NCBI GenBank assembly: GCA_965153355.1
Contig: OZ231126.1
Span: 15,500,001 to 15,564,000, forward strand
Length of the DNA stretch: 64,000 nucleotides
From: Flaccisagitta enflata
Taxonomy: Eukaryota
Reading direction: 5' to 3'
Both the position numbers and the translations under genes were made by a program. This document shows, piece by piece, positions 1 to 56,388 of the stretch; the stretch's first letter is position 1, and each line of letters begins with the position of its first letter. Below the pieces are notes generated by a model. It was not told the origin of the DNA, made no database searches, and saw nothing but the letters and a program-made list of their open reading frames with translations.

Positions 1-40
1 GGACTGAAAGAAACTATTTCAAGAACGATTACTACAGGTA

Positions 41-214
41 CAGTGGAACCTCGCTTGAGCGCACCCGCTAATAAGGCATTCCCACCTAAAAAGCTTCTTA
101 CTTATAGTCCTATGAGAGATTTTGTAGTTAATTCTATATTAGCAATAAGGCAGCTTCACTATATGGTATAATTTAGCCCAGTCCCTTGGCATGCGCTCTA
201 GTGAAGCTCCACTG
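41..214. mobile_element. pogo/Tigger-like MITE
   Basis: TA|CAGTGGAACCTCGCT...AGTGAAGCTCCACTG|TA; an empty copy of the target palindrome is at about 290-314. Confidence 0.8.
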
Positions 215-1015
215 TAGTAATCGTTTTTCCGTTAGTTTCTTTCAGTCCTAAGTAATTTTTTTCGAGGTAATTACAAACCTATATTTTAAACGATTACTAC
301 AGGTAGTAATCGTTCTTCTGTTAATTCTTTCAGTCTTTAGTAAATTTCTTTGAGGTTATTACAAACCTGCATCTTAAAATCAATTACGCCTAAACATCAT
401 AACGGTGATCAGCAAAATCTACTCTCCTCGTTTTGGCCGTAGACTGTTTATGTACCGTAGGCGAGGAAAATGAGATCCATGAAGTTATTACTTGCTTTCA
501 GCCAAATGCCTTTGCGTGAAGTTACAGCGTAACTCTTTGTTCTCACTTCTCTTCCACGCAAAAAATCCATGTTTCGTCACTGACGCCTCAATAGTACATC
601 TGTTCATTCTGTTCAGGCCGCAGCCACACTTCCAACCTTTTTGCAACCCACACTCATTTGCATATTGTAGTTGGTACAAAATAGGAAGTCCGGGTCTTTC
701 ATCACTAACTCATGAACGACAGTGAAATACCAAGCTTACTTTGGAGTGGATGTCCGAGTTAGGGTTGTTTTTTGTTTCTGTAATAAGCATGCTAAACACA
801 ATAACTTGTATCTTTATTTTCAAGTAATGTTCGTTTTTAAGTGTAGACCGCATTATATAGTTTTAAAAAGTGGCGGCAACATGAGATGTTGGCAGATGAC
901 GGCTCTCTAGGACTGCGCGATAGCGCTGAAGTACTCTTAAACTGTCACGTGCACATTCATATGACTATTACTGAAGTTTGACGGTATGTTCGTATTCCAC
1001 AACGCATCTCACATA

Positions 1016-1577
1016 CGCCGTCTTCGGATCTGACTGTAAAATGCAAAACCTTTATAGCTCCTAAACCGCTAGGAAAAAAGTCCTGAAATTTTCAGTGAAT
1101 ATTGGTAATATGTGACGGTTTTTGTATGTCAAAGCTCAGATCATAGTATGGAAAAGGTGAGGGGAAAACAAAATATTGAAAGAACATCTATATTTTAAGA
1201 AAAATTGTTTTTTTTTACATGTTTTTTTTTTTTTTGGAAGGTGCTGTTTTTTTCTCAGATTATGCAGCAAATAGATAATACATAAGTTAAAATCTGTTAC
1301 CAAAAATAAATCCTAAAGTTTTTGTTGAAATGCAAAGCAATTTCAAGCAGACAAATACAACTCCTACATAAGGAAATGAGGAAAAATTGATCTTGATTAA
1401 AAAATGTTTTTTCTTTCAATATTTTTTTTCCCTCACCTTTTTTATACTCTGATCTGAGCTTTGACAGGCAAAAACCGTCACATGTTACCAATATTCACTG
1501 AAAATTTCATGACTTTTTTCCAAATGGTTTGGGAGCTATAAAGGTTTTGCATTTTACAGTTCGATCCGAAGACAGTG
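1016..1577. mobile_element. Long-TIR MITE with TA target (Tc1/mariner-like)
   Basis: About 170-bp imperfect terminal inverted repeats flanked by TA; related to 32270-34175. Confidence 0.8.
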
Positions 1578-2585
1578 TATGTCGCTATCGCATGTTATTG
1601 CACGATATAGGCACACACTGATGTTTAATGAACGTTGTTCATAATCATGTTTCAATGAAATCTAAATGAAACTGAACATTTTCTTTTTTCCTGCTATCAA
1701 AAAGAGGGTAAAAAGGGAACAGCCTCTGATTCGAAAGATGGAAAGGATCACGATAGAGACACAGCGGTGAGTTAAATGGAAACTCTGTGAAATTACTGAG
1801 AAGAAAATAATTTCATAACTACGCGTAAAAGAATTAGCAGTAGCTCAGAATTAGAAAGACCAACTTAGAGCAATAGAAATGAAGATCTGTTCCAGAAATG
1901 CCACCAATGACATGATTCTTGAATGAGATCCTGAAAAATCTTTGAAAAAAATCATCTATGCCAAAACTTTACCCAACACTTCCAAAAATAAGCTCTAATC
2001 TTATCTCGCTTCAAAAGACAACTCAAATTACTAAATTTATCACATCAAAGGTGTCGCGTTTCTTCCGGCCACAAATCCATTTGTTACTCTAGCCCCAATC
2101 TTTAAAAAAAAATTCATTCCACACTATCTCAAAGAATACATCCACACTATCTCAAAGAATACATAAAACAATATTCAGAACTTAATCGATTCCATTTCGC
2201 CATGTCCATGATACATCTTTTTCTCTGCGGCAAATAGTGCCTCTCACCCACGCTAAAATCGGCTGTTTCGTCCGTAAGACAACTAATCAAAGACACGAAT
2301 GGTTTTAAGGTATTCGCCTTCATCTTTGTCACCAATGGAACATCTGACACTTGAAACAGTTTGAAAAGAAAAGAAGAACAAAACCGACTTGACAAACAGA
2401 CACGCAAATCGGCTGAAAAAAAAAACAACGTGAAAGATGATTTACCAATGTCTAGATTACCAGACGCACAGACAGACGGACACTTCTATGTACACAAAAC
2501 CTATACGAAATTGGAGAGCACTTCATACATTTCCTGATTCAAGTGTCCAGTGTGTCCCCAAATCACTCCATCAATTATACGCTTA

Positions 2586-2854
2586 GGGGACGTTTCTAGT
2601 CACAGACAATCGCGTTTTGAACGGGCCACTCGGTCGCACCCTACGTTCTTTCGCTCGCACCGCTCACTCAGCTCACTCGCTCCGCAGCGCTCCGCTTCGC
2701 TATGCTCGCTTTGCTCGCTCACTCCGTTCACGGGCTCGCTCACTCACTTCGCTCACTCCCTCGTGGGACAGTTGGAATTCTTAATTATGTGTTCACGCTG
2801 TTATTGCGTTTCATGGGAACAAACGCGTTTTTGGCGCTCACTAGAAACACGCCC
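2586..2854. mobile_element. PIF/Harbinger-like MITE
   Basis: TTA|GGG..CGTTTCTAGT ... ACTAGAAACACGCCC|TTA; internal CGCTCACT repeats. Confidence 0.65.
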
Positions 2855-3560
2855 TTACTCATCCGCTTTCAAATCTTGTAACGCTTTCTGAGTCAAGATA
2901 CACGGTGACAACCCCTTCATCAATTTCGTGCATTATCGATACAAAAATTTTGTTATCATCTCATCGGCCGTTATCCTCAGTTGTCTCTCATATTCATTCG
3001 TTTTTCAATGTCCTAATCATTTAAAGTGAATTTGCTCGGATTTTTAACGTCTCGCAACATTCAGTAAATCAGGAACTGCCTTCATTGCATTTGCGAATTT
3101 TGCGTACAATCATCAGTAGTTTTTAGACCCTCACCTTCGTAGTAGTAATTAGATGCGAGAAGTATAATATCATGTTTTTAGGTGCGACAAAGCACCTCTA
3201 TAACTGGCTGTGTCCGTTGGTCCGTTGGTCGGTCGGTCGGGTAACGCATTCGTTCGACAATCCACACGTCGCACCTTATTGGCCTACTTGGCCTTGTTAG
3301 TATAGATATACCGCTTTGTATAAGGCTATGCTTATATTTGAGGCTCTGTGTATCCCTCTGTCCGTATGTCCGTCCATCCGTGCGACCATTCGTGACACTG
3401 GTGTTGAAATGTTTCAAAACACCCCTGCCGCTACCCCTGCCCAGCGATATTGTAACGTCGGGTTACTTGTTGATCTTTCATATGCATTTTATCTATGCTC
3501 CAAAGCAAGTGGAGAGATTTAGTGTCAATTATTTAATTTCTCTTTTTATACAAACAATAG

Positions 3561-25152
<21,592 letters not shown>

Positions 25153-26242
25153 AGCCTCAACGACAGCAACCATCACTCCAATACTAGTCAGAAACTGAGA
25201 AAACCGCAAAACAAACGTCACATTCAGAGGTTCAAACGCGACTCGAAAAATCTCGTCCCAATTTTTAGTTCAACTACATCGTATTTCAGGCATCCGTTAT
25301 CACATGCGTCGTATGTTTACCACATGACTGATACTACTATTTATGATCGTCAAAGTAAATCCGTCACTAGTCTTGGGGACGCCTTAATAATCTCAATTTT
25401 AAGTAAAAAAGTCATTTGTTTATGATAGGCAACCAACACAAGTATTGAATTGACTGACAATATGACGTCCATTTATTATATTGTTGTGTATTTCATGCTT
25501 TGTAATATTACATGTTCCAAAAACAGATATCTTCGTACTCATTTAAACAGTAGTAAGTTCTGAATCGAGGATAGCCTACAAAAAGCTCAAGGGACCATTT
25601 TATGGTTGATATCTGTCCACTTGAGGGGAAAAACTGAATAACGCTTTAAATCGTTTGCCAAGCAAAGGCGTGCCCCTGACTGAAGAAAGGTCCGTTACGC
25701 GAAATTAAGGATGACGGGAAATCGACTAAAAAACTGATATCTGACCATTACTGACCCTGCTTAGCCAGAGTACAGCCCCCGCCCATATCTTTACCGCCCC
25801 TGCCTCTGCCCACCCACAAGCATGTTGAAATTGGCACAAAGAGAGGACTTTTGTTCATCTTTAACGATAGAATTTCATCGGAAATCGTCGGGTAGGGTCT
25901 GCGTATCAAAGTGGGCTCAATCTGGGCATTCGAATGAAACACTTTCCAAGCACTTTCCGTGTTTTATTGGCACAGTCAAAGTCCCGTCTCATCGGAAAAT
26001 CGATTTGGACTCAATCTAAGCATTCTGTAATCAATTTGTATAGAATTGAGAGTAATAGACCACACCGACGGTCTAGCGACGGATGAATGGACAAAGAGTT
26101 GCTTGTCTGCAACTAAAAACAAATCTAAGATTCGCGTGTGATTGGGCAGGGGCAGAAATGTGAAAGCGGCTTGCAGTTCTAAAACCAACGGACCAACCGG
26201 CTTACCAACCTCAAGGATGTACACAAAGCATTGATCTAAAAC

Positions 26243-26658
26243 AACAAGCCCGACCGGGCAAAGATGCGTCCGGACTGTGTCTCTGCGTGTATTGATCATG
26301 TGACATATACAGAGAGACAGATGGACGACCAGACGGGTGAAACGACTGAGTAATAGAGGAGGCTCTCAAAACATGTTGGTTGATCATTTCTTTCATTGTA
26401 GGATCTCACCGTGGCCAAAAACAGCCGAGAAACGCGGTTTTTGCACAGGCGTAACGGACGGACCGACCGACGGACGGACGGACGGACGGACAAACCCTCT
26501 TATAGAGATGCGAGGACGCATCTAAACAAGGCCGTATACACGAGCCGAAGTCGCGTGCGGGTGGGCAGGAGCGGCGAAAAAGCTAAGGGTTACCGACCGA
26601 CCGACCGACCGACAGACGGACAGAGTGGGTCATAGAGTCGCGTGCACGCGACTAAAAA
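26243..26658 (-). mobile_element. Two adjacent short HINEs
   Basis: Each runs AACAAG...(GACG/GACC)n...terminal palindrome (AGATGCG.GGACGCATCT; AGTCGCGTGCACGCGACT). Confidence 0.7.
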
Positions 26659-26681
26659 GTTAGCCAGAACAATGTAAGACA

Positions 26682-26687
26682 TTTATT
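26682..26687 (-). terminator. Candidate polyadenylation signal (AATAAA) of the arrestin gene
   Basis: TTTATT on + strand, about 360 nt past the arrestin stop. Confidence 0.4.
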
Positions 26688-26866
26688 TATCATTAGCCAT
26701 TAGTTGTTCTGACCAAGTCATTAGAGGGCAAGATCAGCAGTAGTTGAAGACAAAAGACTACCACTTTAAAACAAGTTACATTATCCACGGTCCGCTTCTT
26801 TTACCATAACTTGCTTTATCGGTCTGTCTGTCGTTCGGTCCGTTCATCCGTCAGGCCGATCATTGG

Positions 26867-38471
<11,605 letters not shown>

Positions 38472-39649
38472 TTTGTCTCACAAATTTAAAAAAAAATTCT
38501 TTTATGAAAATCATGAAATAAAAAGCAAGTCGTTACATGTGATACTGTTTTTTTGTCTGCATACGTCTGTGGGTTTGTCTGCTCTTCCGTGTCTATCTGA
38601 TTGTAGAAAGCCTTGTCTGTTTGAATATTTTTTTTCTCTTGTCTGTTCGTTTGTTTGTTTGTCTGCTTGTTTGTCTGTTTGTGTGTGTGTTTGTTTGCCT
38701 GCTTGTTTGTCTGTTTGTCTGTTTGTCTGTTTGTCTTTTTGTTTGAATATCAGTTTGTCTCTCTGTTTTGCCTTTGTTTGAGTCTGATTTCTTATCTTAG
38801 TGATTATCAGAGATTGTCTGTTTGTCCCTAAACAGTAACATTCTATAAGTCAATGTGTCGGCCTAAAAAAAACATTTGAAAAACATCAAACAAACAGAAA
38901 AAAAACTTCAATTTGTTTTCTTCCTTGAAACTTGAATTCTTTCAACGTCATTTTTTAAACAAATTGCGTGAAAAAAGAATCAAACTTAGATTTTCATCAA
39001 ATTGTTAATACTCTGCCATTTTCCTCATGAACAATCTTTTTTTAGCATGAATTTGAATTTGTAGGGTCTGTAGGTCTGAAGGGTCTGTAGGTCTGTAGGT
39101 TCCGTAGGGTCTGTAGGGTCAATAGGTTTTGTAAGGTTTTACTCTTTTACAAACACAAGGCCGGATACACGACCAACCAACCATGGAAGCAAAGGTTGGT
39201 TTGATACTAGGGGACTCGATTCTCCATGACTATTTTGAGCATGATAGTGATCTCATTGGTGCAATGAGAAAAAACTTTGACCTTGACTCGCTTGTCCCAA
39301 TTTTTCACAAAGGCAAAAGTATTGAAGAGAGAGAGAGAGAGAGAGAGAGATGTAGAGAAGCACACCGCGACGATGGAGAATTCAGCCTTGATGAATATCC
39401 TCTCCACCCCCCACTTGCAGAAAAAAGAAAGAAAGAAAAACAAATAAGTGAAATAGCAAAAGATCGAACTTGAAAATACAAAACCGATTTCCTGAGTAAG
39501 AGGTATTCGATTTCTTTTAGGTTTTTGATCATGCAGGTAGGTTGTTTGTCCAATACAATAGATGAACCGATTATATCGGGTGAACAAGGTTAGGTAAGAT
39601 CTTCAAGGCGGCTTAGGATCTAGAGACTAGGAACATGGGGACTTACAAA

Positions 39650-40267
39650 AACAGGTCGCCCAAGGGCAATATGTGGTCAGCGATTCCCGTTGCCTTGCTT
39701 TGCATGATTCAAGATGATTGTGAATTGGAGTAAGAGGAAATAGGGTAGCGGCCCCATAGGAGATGAAGTCTTGTAGAATATAGGGGGAATTTTGTTTTTT
39801 CGTTCTTTCATTTGTCCATCTGTTTGTCTGCCCCCCCCCCCCTAGGCCCTCTCATGCCTGAAATCTGCCCTCACAGGCTTGAAATCTATCCTCTCGGGCC
39901 TGAAATCTGCCCTCGCAAACATTGAATCTTTGAGGGCAGGTTTAAGGCCTCTGAGGACAGATTTCAGGCCTGAGAAGGCAGATTTCAGGCATGAGAGGGC
40001 TGATTCAAGGCCTGAGTAGGCAGATTTGAGGCATGAGAGTCTAGATTTCAGGCCTGAGAGGGCAGATTCGAGGCCGGAGATGGCAGATTTCAGGCCAGAG
40101 AGGCTAGATTTCAAGCCCCAGAGGGCTTATTTCAGGCCTGAGAGGGACTAGGGGGGACAAACAAATGGACAAACAAACGAATGAATCAACAAACAAATGA
40201 ATGAATGAACAAAAGTCCCCCTGTGTTCTACAGGACTTCGTCCCCCTCGGGGCCGCTGCCCAAAAAA
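39650..40267 (-). mobile_element. HINE family A, 21-bp minisatellite core
   Basis: Same ends as 36543-37253. Confidence 0.8.
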
Positions 40268-40903
40268 GTAAGATACAAACGGAAGAGAGAGAGGCGTGTT
40301 GGTTATGAATCTCAACATCGTGTGGGTCTTTTTGCTGAATGAAGTCAGGATTTCATTTCGAGTTTGATGATCAACGTACGGCGCTGTTTACAAAAACATG
40401 ACAAAACATTTTGTTCTCACGAGACAATTAGTAGTAGCCTCTCTATCATCTCTCCCTCAACAATGATTCGATTTGTTTGCGAATACATTTATCCTTACAG
40501 TTTGTCGCTTTTCTATTCCTGCACCCAAACTACGGGCCATTAGAGACCTGTGCAACGCAGATAAATGAAAGGGGCCTGCACCTGGGGTTCGAAGAGGCCC
40601 ATAGGGGGACAAACTAAAATACATTTTCCTGCAAAACCTTAGGGGGGCCTTTAATAAAACCGTCCAAAGGTCTTCAGCAGTGGTGGCGCCAAGAATGGGG
40701 CAAAGAAACGCGGTGGAGGCGCCAAGAATTCTGATTCTATCAGGAGCCCAAAACTCTGGGATTGCCCCTGCCTACTCTATGGCCTATCATCTGCCATATT
40801 GTGGTATTTTTTCCCCGTAGGACAAATAGGAGGCTGGCCTTGAATCAGTCTTCCGTCAGTAAGGTGAAAAAAGCATCGTTCGGATCGCGGATCATTAAAT
40901 TTG

Positions 40904-41014
<111 letters not shown>

Positions 41015-41252
41015 AAGAATTGAGGAGCCTTTGAAAAAAAAAATCAAAAAAGTATTTTAAAACAACTTAATCAATTACACCATGCAGTTTGATTTTTTTC
41101 CGCTTCAAAGCCAGTATTCAGATCGGGGCATTAATGAGCGAGTGCCGTGATGGTCGGCTGTAATATCAGTTGGTTATATTGAGAGATACATCTAGTTAAC
41201 ACATGCGTCACATTAAGGCGGAAAAATGCTTGGGCATAAAATACATAAAAAG

Positions 41253-41850
41253 CAAGGGTGTATATAGTTGAGCGGCTTTTGATTTTATTCCCCCCCCTGC
41301 CTTTGATTTTCTTCCCCGCGACGCATCGCTTCACGTTACAAAATCTTTGATTTTCTTCCCCTCAAAGCTATAAAACAGTACATAGGAGTATTCTCAGAAC
41401 ACTCGTTGCTTAGGTGAAGCTTATATTGTCTTAGTCTTAGCTAGATTCAATTTTTTTTTTCAAGATCATTTTTTTCTTAATTGAAAACTAGAAAAGTTTG
41501 TCACTCCATAGGCTGAGAAGAGAAAAAAATACTCTACTGGAATCTTTATTGGATAACCTATTCAGACAAGTATTTTGACCAGCCACAGCAGGAAAAGAAA
41601 TTAATCAAAAGTAAATAAAACAATTAAAAGAGTGAGGTTCATTAGTTCAGATGTATGTTAGATTTATATAGTGTTGAATTGTGTTGTAGTAATTGTATTT
41701 TACCTTTTGGTACTACCAAAAGTGTTAGATCTTCAAAAAAATTCTTTTTTCTTTTTTTCAAACTTTTGATTTTCTTCCCCATCTCCAAACCTTTGATTTT
41801 ATTCCCCCCCCCCCACCGGGGGGGGGAATACTCAACTTTATACATCCCTG
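41253..41850. mobile_element. hAT MITE
   Basis: CAAGGGTGTATATAGTTGAG...CTCAACTTTATACATCCCTG with a perfect 8-bp TSD ATAAAAAG. Confidence 0.85.
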
Positions 41851-43919
41851 ATAAAAAGTATACGTCGGCTCAGTGTGATAAGACTTAAAACGTAGTAGGA
41901 CAAAGTTATGGAAACTACTTTATTCATCTTGCTAGATTGACAAGAAGTATGCTTTTCATGCTTTTTGTTTTGAACTTTTTTTTCGCCTAAATGTGGTGCG
42001 CGTGTTATAACTTAAAGATCACCGGGCAAAGCTCAGACTGGATGTACATATAGTAGATAGATTGTCAATGTCTATGTCTTCAATGCATTATGACATAATA
42101 AAAACCTTTATCGTTCCACTAGGCCGGATACACGGCACTACTAATTGCGGACAGGTGGGCAGGAGCAAAAACCTCAAAACCTTTTTGACCGATTGAAGAA
42201 TTGCGACTACTTGTACCAACATCAGTTGTATCTTTTTGGGTCGAATGAGTTTGCGGCCGGTGTACGTCGTAATGATAACAGCAAAATTGTAAATCCTTAT
42301 CTTCCTTTTGGGAGTGTTACATAAATGAATGGTAACTAAGCAAGCATTCAAACCTAGTCCAGGCCAGTTCACGAAAGAAGAAACGAATGAGATGGCTTTC
42401 TTCTTTTATTCCAAAAAAAGACACAGTGGTAACATGAATTTGAAAGAATTGGTGAATGTAGCCCAAAACATGATTTTTGGTCATGAAAAGCGAAAAAAGA
42501 AGCAATTGTTTTCTAGTAGTTTTTGTTCATAAAAATAGTTTACAATCATGGCCGAGAAAGAAAGGAGAAGATGAACAGATTCTTCCGTGCAGATTGATAC
42601 ATGTGACCATGCCATAGATCACATGTTATTTCATGGTGAGGACTAGATGAATATAATATCGGTCATGACAATGAACATTTTTCAACAGCATGCGTATCCA
42701 TAAGCACAGTTTTATCACAACCATCATCATTCAAAACAACAGGACAATGATCAAAAATCAACAACATTCATTCAGAATCAAAATTTATCATCAAACATTT
42801 GTCATGAATGAAACCATACCAGCAAACGCTTGGGCTTTAACAATGTGCGTGAGTGCCGCATGTATGTATTTATGCACATATGCGTGTGCCAAAGTGCGCA
42901 CACGCTTGCATGTGACGTTTTCAGGAGAGACCAAAGAGCATATGCAAAACCTACGATGCATAATCGCTAATTATGTGTCATTGATAAAAATTTACATGAT
43001 GAAAATTCGAGTATTTTTAAAGTTTTTGATTTTTGGCAAGAAAGAGAGAAAAAGTATACAGAAGGTAAAAATCATGCAACAATTATTTCCTATATATAAG
43101 TAGAACAAGCGGGGGGCTCATTTTGGGGGTTTGGGTTTTGAGTGAGGGTTCCACTAAAACGCGACGACAGAAGTTGATAGCGGCTAGTCTTTGTTATTTT
43201 TTGTTGTTGTAGTTGATTGTAAGCTACGATCTTGGCGGAAAATATCAGTCAATATCAGTGAATGATAATTTCTTATAAATTCAGCTTCTTAAAAACAAAT
43301 GATTTTGATTCATCACAAATGAAGAAGGAACTTTTCAATGCGTCCTCTATCACTATTAACTGTCAACCCCTTGAACTTGCTTAGACATAATCAATCTATT
43401 CAATGATATAACTTATAAGGAAACATGTGATATTTTTTCCGCCAAGATTGTATATGAGAAAACATTTAGGAGATCCACTTATGAAGGATTAAACACGGAA
43501 CCAGATCGAACTCAATCGACCCCGCATATGGATGCCCTTTTCGTCGATATGTCGGGGGGAAAGCATGAGATATCGGCGTAACTAACACGTGCGTCATGAC
43601 GGACAAGTGAAAACGAAATAACTTGTAATATGGTTGTAACAAATGATAAGTCACGCCGTGTTTGAACGCACAGCGGACTCACTGATTTCATTCTCTCCCG
43701 CGTGCGAAAAAAAGAAATCGAGATTATTTACTCCTCCCAAATTTTGCGCGCACAAATCATCGTACGAATGATTATCACTTTATATGCTGGCAGAGAATGT
43801 TCATGGAAAACAAACAAATGCACAAATTAACAAACAAACAGACAAACGGAGGGACAAAGAACATTGAAAGTTTCGGGACATGTAAACGACTACGTATTCT
43901 AGATCGAAACTCTACAACG

Positions 43920-43949
43920 AAAAAAGAAAGAAGGAAAGAAAGAAAGAAT

Positions 43950-44031
<82 letters not shown>

Positions 44032-44036
44032 ATGAT

Positions 44037-44091
<55 letters not shown>

Positions 44092-44142
44092 AAAAGAGAG
44101 AAGAAAAAGAAAAAGATAGAAAAAAAGGAAGAAAGAAAGAGA

Positions 44143-44184
<42 letters not shown>

Positions 44185-44209
44185 CAGAAAGAAAAAAAGA
44201 AAGAAAGAG

Positions 44210-44243
<34 letters not shown>

Positions 44244-44615
44244 GAAGGAAGAAAGAAAGACAGAAAGAAAGACAGAAGGAAGAAAAGTAAAAAAGAAAGA
44301 AAGAAAAAATAGAAAGAAACAAAGAAACGAAGAGAGAAAGAAACAAAGAAAGAATGGAAGAAAAAAGAATGAGGGAAAGACGGAAAGAACGGAAGAGAAG
44401 AAAATGAAAGAGAGGAAAATGAAAGAAAACGAAAAAGAAAGAAAGAAGGTAAGAAAGAAAGAAAGAAAGAAAGAAAGAGGGAAAGAGATACAGAAAGAAA
44501 GAAAGGAAAGAAAGAAAGAAAGAAAGACAGAAAGAAAGAAAGAAAAGAAAAAAAAAAGAAAGAGAAAGAGAAAATATAACGATCGTTAATCACCTTCAAT
44601 CGCTTCTCCCCTTCA

Positions 44616-44668
<53 letters not shown>

Positions 44669-44699
44669 CACATTCCTTCTCCCCGATCAAACACACCCA

Positions 44700-44766
<67 letters not shown>
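43920..44766. repeat. Compound (AAAG)n/(ACAG)n/(TC)n microsatellite
   Basis: Direct reading. Confidence 0.95.
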
Positions 44767-44818
44767 ATCCCAAAAAAGAAAATGAGAGAAGAATGAAAAA
44801 AAGAAAACAACTTTGAAA

Positions 44819-50434
<5,616 letters not shown>

Positions 50435-50951
50435 TTATTGTGTGAATAAATGTCATATATAAATCATTTTAAGTCATCTTATATCAATTGAATTCAGTGA
50501 AAGTCATTTTAGTTATGTGGTTATGTAATAAAGTAATTATTTAAGTCTCGCACGCGACTTATAGGTGTTGGCCTTGTTTTTACTCCTGCTCAAGCGCAGA
50601 TAAAAGAAGAAAAAAGTAACCCTAGCCTGGGTAACCCTTTTTTCTCTGGGTCTTTTTCCATCGTTCCGCCTCTCACATTTGTCGTCCGAACTCTTTCATT
50701 CATTCATTCATCCATCCATTCATTCATTGGTTCATTCATTCATTTATCTATTCATTCATTCATTCATTCATTCGTTCGTTCGTTCATTCGAGCATACGAT
50801 TAAATTCAATTCTTAGATGCGTTATCGTTTCTATACAAGAGAGTCTGTCCATCCACCCGTCCATCTGTCTGTCTCTCCTTGTGTCCGTCCGTTACGCCTC
50901 TTTGAAAATCGCGTGGTTGTCGCATCGAGTTGCCCGATCAGGTTGGTTATA

Positions 50952-51123
50952 CAGTCAAACCCCGCAATAACGGATGTCAAGATACAAATAAATTTTATCC
51001 ACTGTAGGCAGATTTTACTATTGCCAACAAAGAAAATAAAAGAAATTTACAGGGACCAAATTTTTAGATTTATTATAGGCGGATATCCGTTACGCTTGGC
51101 TCCGTTATAGCGGGGTTTAACTG
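50952..51123. mobile_element. pogo/Tigger-like MITE
   Basis: TA|CAGTCAAACCCCGC.ATAACGGA...TCCGTTATAGCGGGGTTTAACTG|TA. Confidence 0.8.
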
Positions 51124-51194
51124 TACTTCTTTACAGTCACATCTTTCTCTTCCATTATTTCTTTCCCAATTCCAAGATCAGTCATTTATTCATT

Positions 51195-54085
<2,891 letters not shown>

Positions 54086-54086
<1 letters not shown>

Positions 54087-54306
54087 ACAAGGCCGGATAC
54101 ACGGCTACTCCAGTCGCGTGCGGGTGGGCAGGGGCTGTATTTGAGGTCACTTAATCATTTGGGCAGGAGCAGTAAGGCCAATGACCGCAAAAACCCAAAA
54201 AAAAGTAAAGTGTGACGAACCAACGGACGGACGGACGGACGGACGGACGGACGGACGGACGGACCGACAAAGCGGGTTGTAGAGTCGCGTAGCACGCGAC
54301 TAAAAA
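54086..54306 (-). mobile_element. Short HINE family B
   Basis: AACAAGGCCGGATACACG..AGTCGCGTGC...(GACG)n...AGTCGCGT.GCACGCGACTAAAA; copy at 62913-63106. Confidence 0.8.
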
Positions 54307-54814
54307 AGAAAATTAAAAAGCAAAGAATGAGGGTCTCCAATTGCTGTTCATTGCGGCGCCGCTTCAGCGTTTCCAATTCGAGCGTTTTACATCCGGTTTT
54401 TGAATCAATCCACAAACAACCATGGACTTGCCTCGCTAACTGTTAAGCAAAAGACGGCTTAAGGGTAGCCCTGTGGTGAGAACTCCAGCTTTTAGAAATT
54501 CGCGAGTTGGCGCCCCAAAAATCGCTAGAATTCGCTAGATTATTTGTTTCTTTAGCTAGAAAATTCGCTAGATTTGTATATATGTAATGAGGTCATGAAA
54601 AAATCAATAAACAAACCATTACTGGTCTATTTATAGGGGGAAGAGAAGAGAGGGGTTCTGAGAATATTGTTTGTTGACCATTGTTTTCCCATTTATTTCT
54701 TAGATACTTAAACTGTAAACTGGAGGCATAGGGGTTAGGTATTGGGGATTTGAAACGTTTAGTAATTAAAGTTTCTTTTAAAGGACAGCGACAAAAATGC
54801 CATGATCCATTTTA

Positions 54815-55726
54815 ACTATGGCAAAAAAAAAACCGAACAGTTACTTCTATTCTAATTTTTACTGAAGTTACTTTTTAGTATCATTAAGCATCACTGAAAA
54901 AATCAATGACCTGCTCTAAATAGTTTGAGAATTATAGATTTTTTAAAAGTGCTTGTCAGAAGATCAGAAATTCAATGTACACACATAAGAATTTACTAAG
55001 AATCAATAAACAAACTTAAAAACCATACTAAATCTAGTCCGATTTTGATAAAATTTTATGGAAGTAACCAGTGTTAGCAGGATGTGATATAAAATTTCAT
55101 TACAAAACTCCAATTATTTTAGCAGAAACAGCAAGTTTTCTAAAACTTTTTTTGTGGTTTTTAGAATGAAGTAAATGAAGATGAAATCTGAAATATAAAT
55201 CGATGCTAAGGCCAGAGTTTTTTACCAATTATCATGATTTTTTAACTGGTAACTTTTGTACATATGATTCATCTCCAAGCATCTCCAAGCATTTTTAGTC
55301 CCCCAAATTGCAAAAATATTCTAACAGGTAGCAGAATATTTCTTATCCTGAGCAAGCTTACAATCAACCAATATCTACCCCCCTAGACTTTATCTGAGTA
55401 GATGCGAATTTTGCCTAATATTAGTAAACATTACCATCAGACTACAGTTCAAAATCATGACAAAACTCCCAAAACTTTTTGCACAATGCCAATTTTACTA
55501 AAAATGGTAATATTTTGATTTAGGATAAACGTCATCTCTGGCAGTCCAAAAAAGGGGTGACTTCAGTAAAAACATGATAACGGCTAAAGTTTTCAACGGA
55601 TTTTGATGAAATTTTAACCAGACATAGTCCATATCATATATCATTCACTGTAAATTTTATGCAATTGGTAACATCTTCATACTTTTGCTCTCTCAAAAGT
55701 TGTTCGGTTTTTTTTTTTGCCATAGT
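54815..55726. mobile_element. TA-flanked MITE
   Basis: ACTATGGCAAAAAAAAAACCGAAC / GTTCGGTTTTTTTTTTTGCCATAGT. Confidence 0.75.
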
Positions 55727-55791
55727 TATTTGGTTTACTCTGAAATAAAGAAAGACATATGTCTCCGTCGCCATGTATGCCACTGAGGATA

Positions 55792-56388
55792 CAGTACGAT
55801 GGGAGCAAAGACGACCTAGACTGGAGGATAGATTTTAGGTTTCTTAATTTTAATAGTATAAAAAGTTGAGATCTATGCTAATTAAAGGTTGTTCTATTGC
55901 TTGAATATATTGGTTTTTCTCATTCTTTAACTTGTGACTTGACTTCATCAGGACTCCATTTTTCAATGTTCTAACCTAGCTCATCAGGTCAAGCAGAAAA
56001 TTTTATGTAGTTTAGAAAAATAAATCAGTTCAATTGGGCCATTTTTACAGGTTATATGCCTGATTTAAGATTTGCCTAAATACTAATTTACATAATTATT
56101 CTTCTTGAAAAATAGCTGTAAAACCTGTGAAAATAATCAAATTAAGCTGATTTTTTTTCTCTAAATTATCTTAAATTTTTTGCCCGATCTGATAGGCTAG
56201 GTTAGAAGTATGAAAAATGAAAGTCTGATGAAGTTAATTCAAAAGATGAAAAATGAGAGAAGCTAACATATTCAAGCAATATAGCAACTTTTAATTGGCA
56301 TAAATCTTATTCTTTTTATAAATCAAATGAAATTAAAATACTTAAAATCTATCCTCAAGTCTAGGTTGTCTTCGCTCCCATCGTGCTG
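55792..56388. mobile_element. Palindromic Tc1/mariner-type MITE, copy 2
   Basis: Same TIRs as 16061-16663; TA flanks. Confidence 0.85.

Noticed and set aside
2147-2428. 93-aa minus ORF, and ORFs at 488-725
   Set aside because: No recognisable motif and no phase-linked partner exons
39183-39473. 96-aa plus ORF
   Set aside because: Runs through (AG)n; no motif or splice support
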